A DNA stretch of 62,213 nt, filler included, from an uncultured bacterium (GTDB taxonomy: Bacteria; Hinthialibacterota; Hinthialibacteria; Hinthialibacterales; Hinthialibacteraceae): the NCBI GenBank assembly GCA_964449065.1. It is 18 parts of 18 records of this genome, joined end to end, with 100 filler letters (N's around TTAATTAATTAA, not from the genome) between each part and the next. Parts side by side here need not be neighbours in the genome. Positions count along the whole stretch, not along the records: positions 59,039 to 62,213 come from CAYVAZ010000470.1; 17 more parts are not named here. One strand, written 5' to 3'. The first letter of the stretch is position 1. Every line of letters begins with the position of its first letter. The position numbers were made by a program, and so were the translations under genes. Shown here piece by piece: positions 61,805-62,213 of this stretch. The notes below the pieces were generated by a model. It searched no databases and was not told where the DNA came from. It saw nothing but the letters and a program-made list of their open reading frames with translations.

Positions 61805-62213
61805 TGACATATCCTCATCACGATCCATCTAATTAACGGATCATGCACACTGAAATTCCCAATGTTGGAATTTTCTCCAAACTCTTGTTGATTCACAAAA
61901 TCCCACCCAAAACGTTCAGTCGGTGGTGAATTTGTGCCATTTTCGAAACTTAAAAACTCTATTTTTTGAAATTCGATTGTAACCAGTTCTGCATTTTCTT
62001 TGTCCAAACTTATGAAATCAATATCAACAACCTTGCAGTTATGAACCACTATTATTAGAGTAGTAACAAATTGTGAACCAAAGGGAAGTGTTGCTGAACC
62101 GATGGATTCCACCGCCAAATAACTCCGATATAGTTTGATATTCTCTCCATCGGGTTTTTGCATAAATTGGATTTGATTCTTGAGGGTGGAAGAATCCAGC
62201 GATTTGTTTAGAT
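61801..62213 (-). CDS. Protein C-terminus with Hcp-like motif (5' truncated)
   Basis: ELVTIEFQKIEF...RFGWDFVNQ. Confidence 0.45.
   Translation of the reverse strand, partial: LNKSLDSSTLKNQIQFMQKPDGENIKLYRSYLAVESIGSATLPFGSQFVTTLIIVVHNCKVVDIDFISLDKENAELVTIEFQKIEFLSFENGTNSPPTERFGWDFVNQQEFGENSNIGNFSVHDPLIRWIVMRICQ

Overview
This window is not one locus. It is 18 short contigs (about 3.2-3.5 kb, sorted by decreasing length) joined by artificial 100-nt linkers (N44-TTAATTAATTAA-N44), so gene neighbourhoods are valid only within a contig. Most contigs appear to come from one mid-GC, REP/MITE-rich bacterium, judged by shared repeat families; prepilin-, CRTAC1- and Gfo/Idh/MocA-type genes fit that source. 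Contigs 1, 4 and 10 look alphaproteobacterial and contig 16 looks Bacteroidota-like, suggesting a mixed bin (inference from GC and gene style). Recognisable genes include mrdA (3' end), rodA, dnaB, mnmE, feoA/feoA/feoB, an alr/Bsr-like racemase, a TtrA-like molybdoenzyme, a HigBA-type TA pair, an AAA + TOPRIM-like pair, pseudopilins, a TonB-dependent receptor, RhuM, DUF932, an LRR protein and a dockerin/cohesin-like protein. Main findings: (1) a REP-bracketed DUF559 endonuclease fused in frame into a pseudopilin leader, with an identical 55-nt REP+start-codon module heading two adjacent unrelated genes; (2) a complete IS110 whose bridge-RNA guides and circle-junction promoter can be read from the sequence; (3) a C4/CI-like antisense-RNA cloverleaf with upstream target boxes in front of a secreted LRR gene; (4) several TA-bounded MITE families that carry REP doublets and stack or nest in each other. 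No CRISPR array, rRNA or tRNA was seen.
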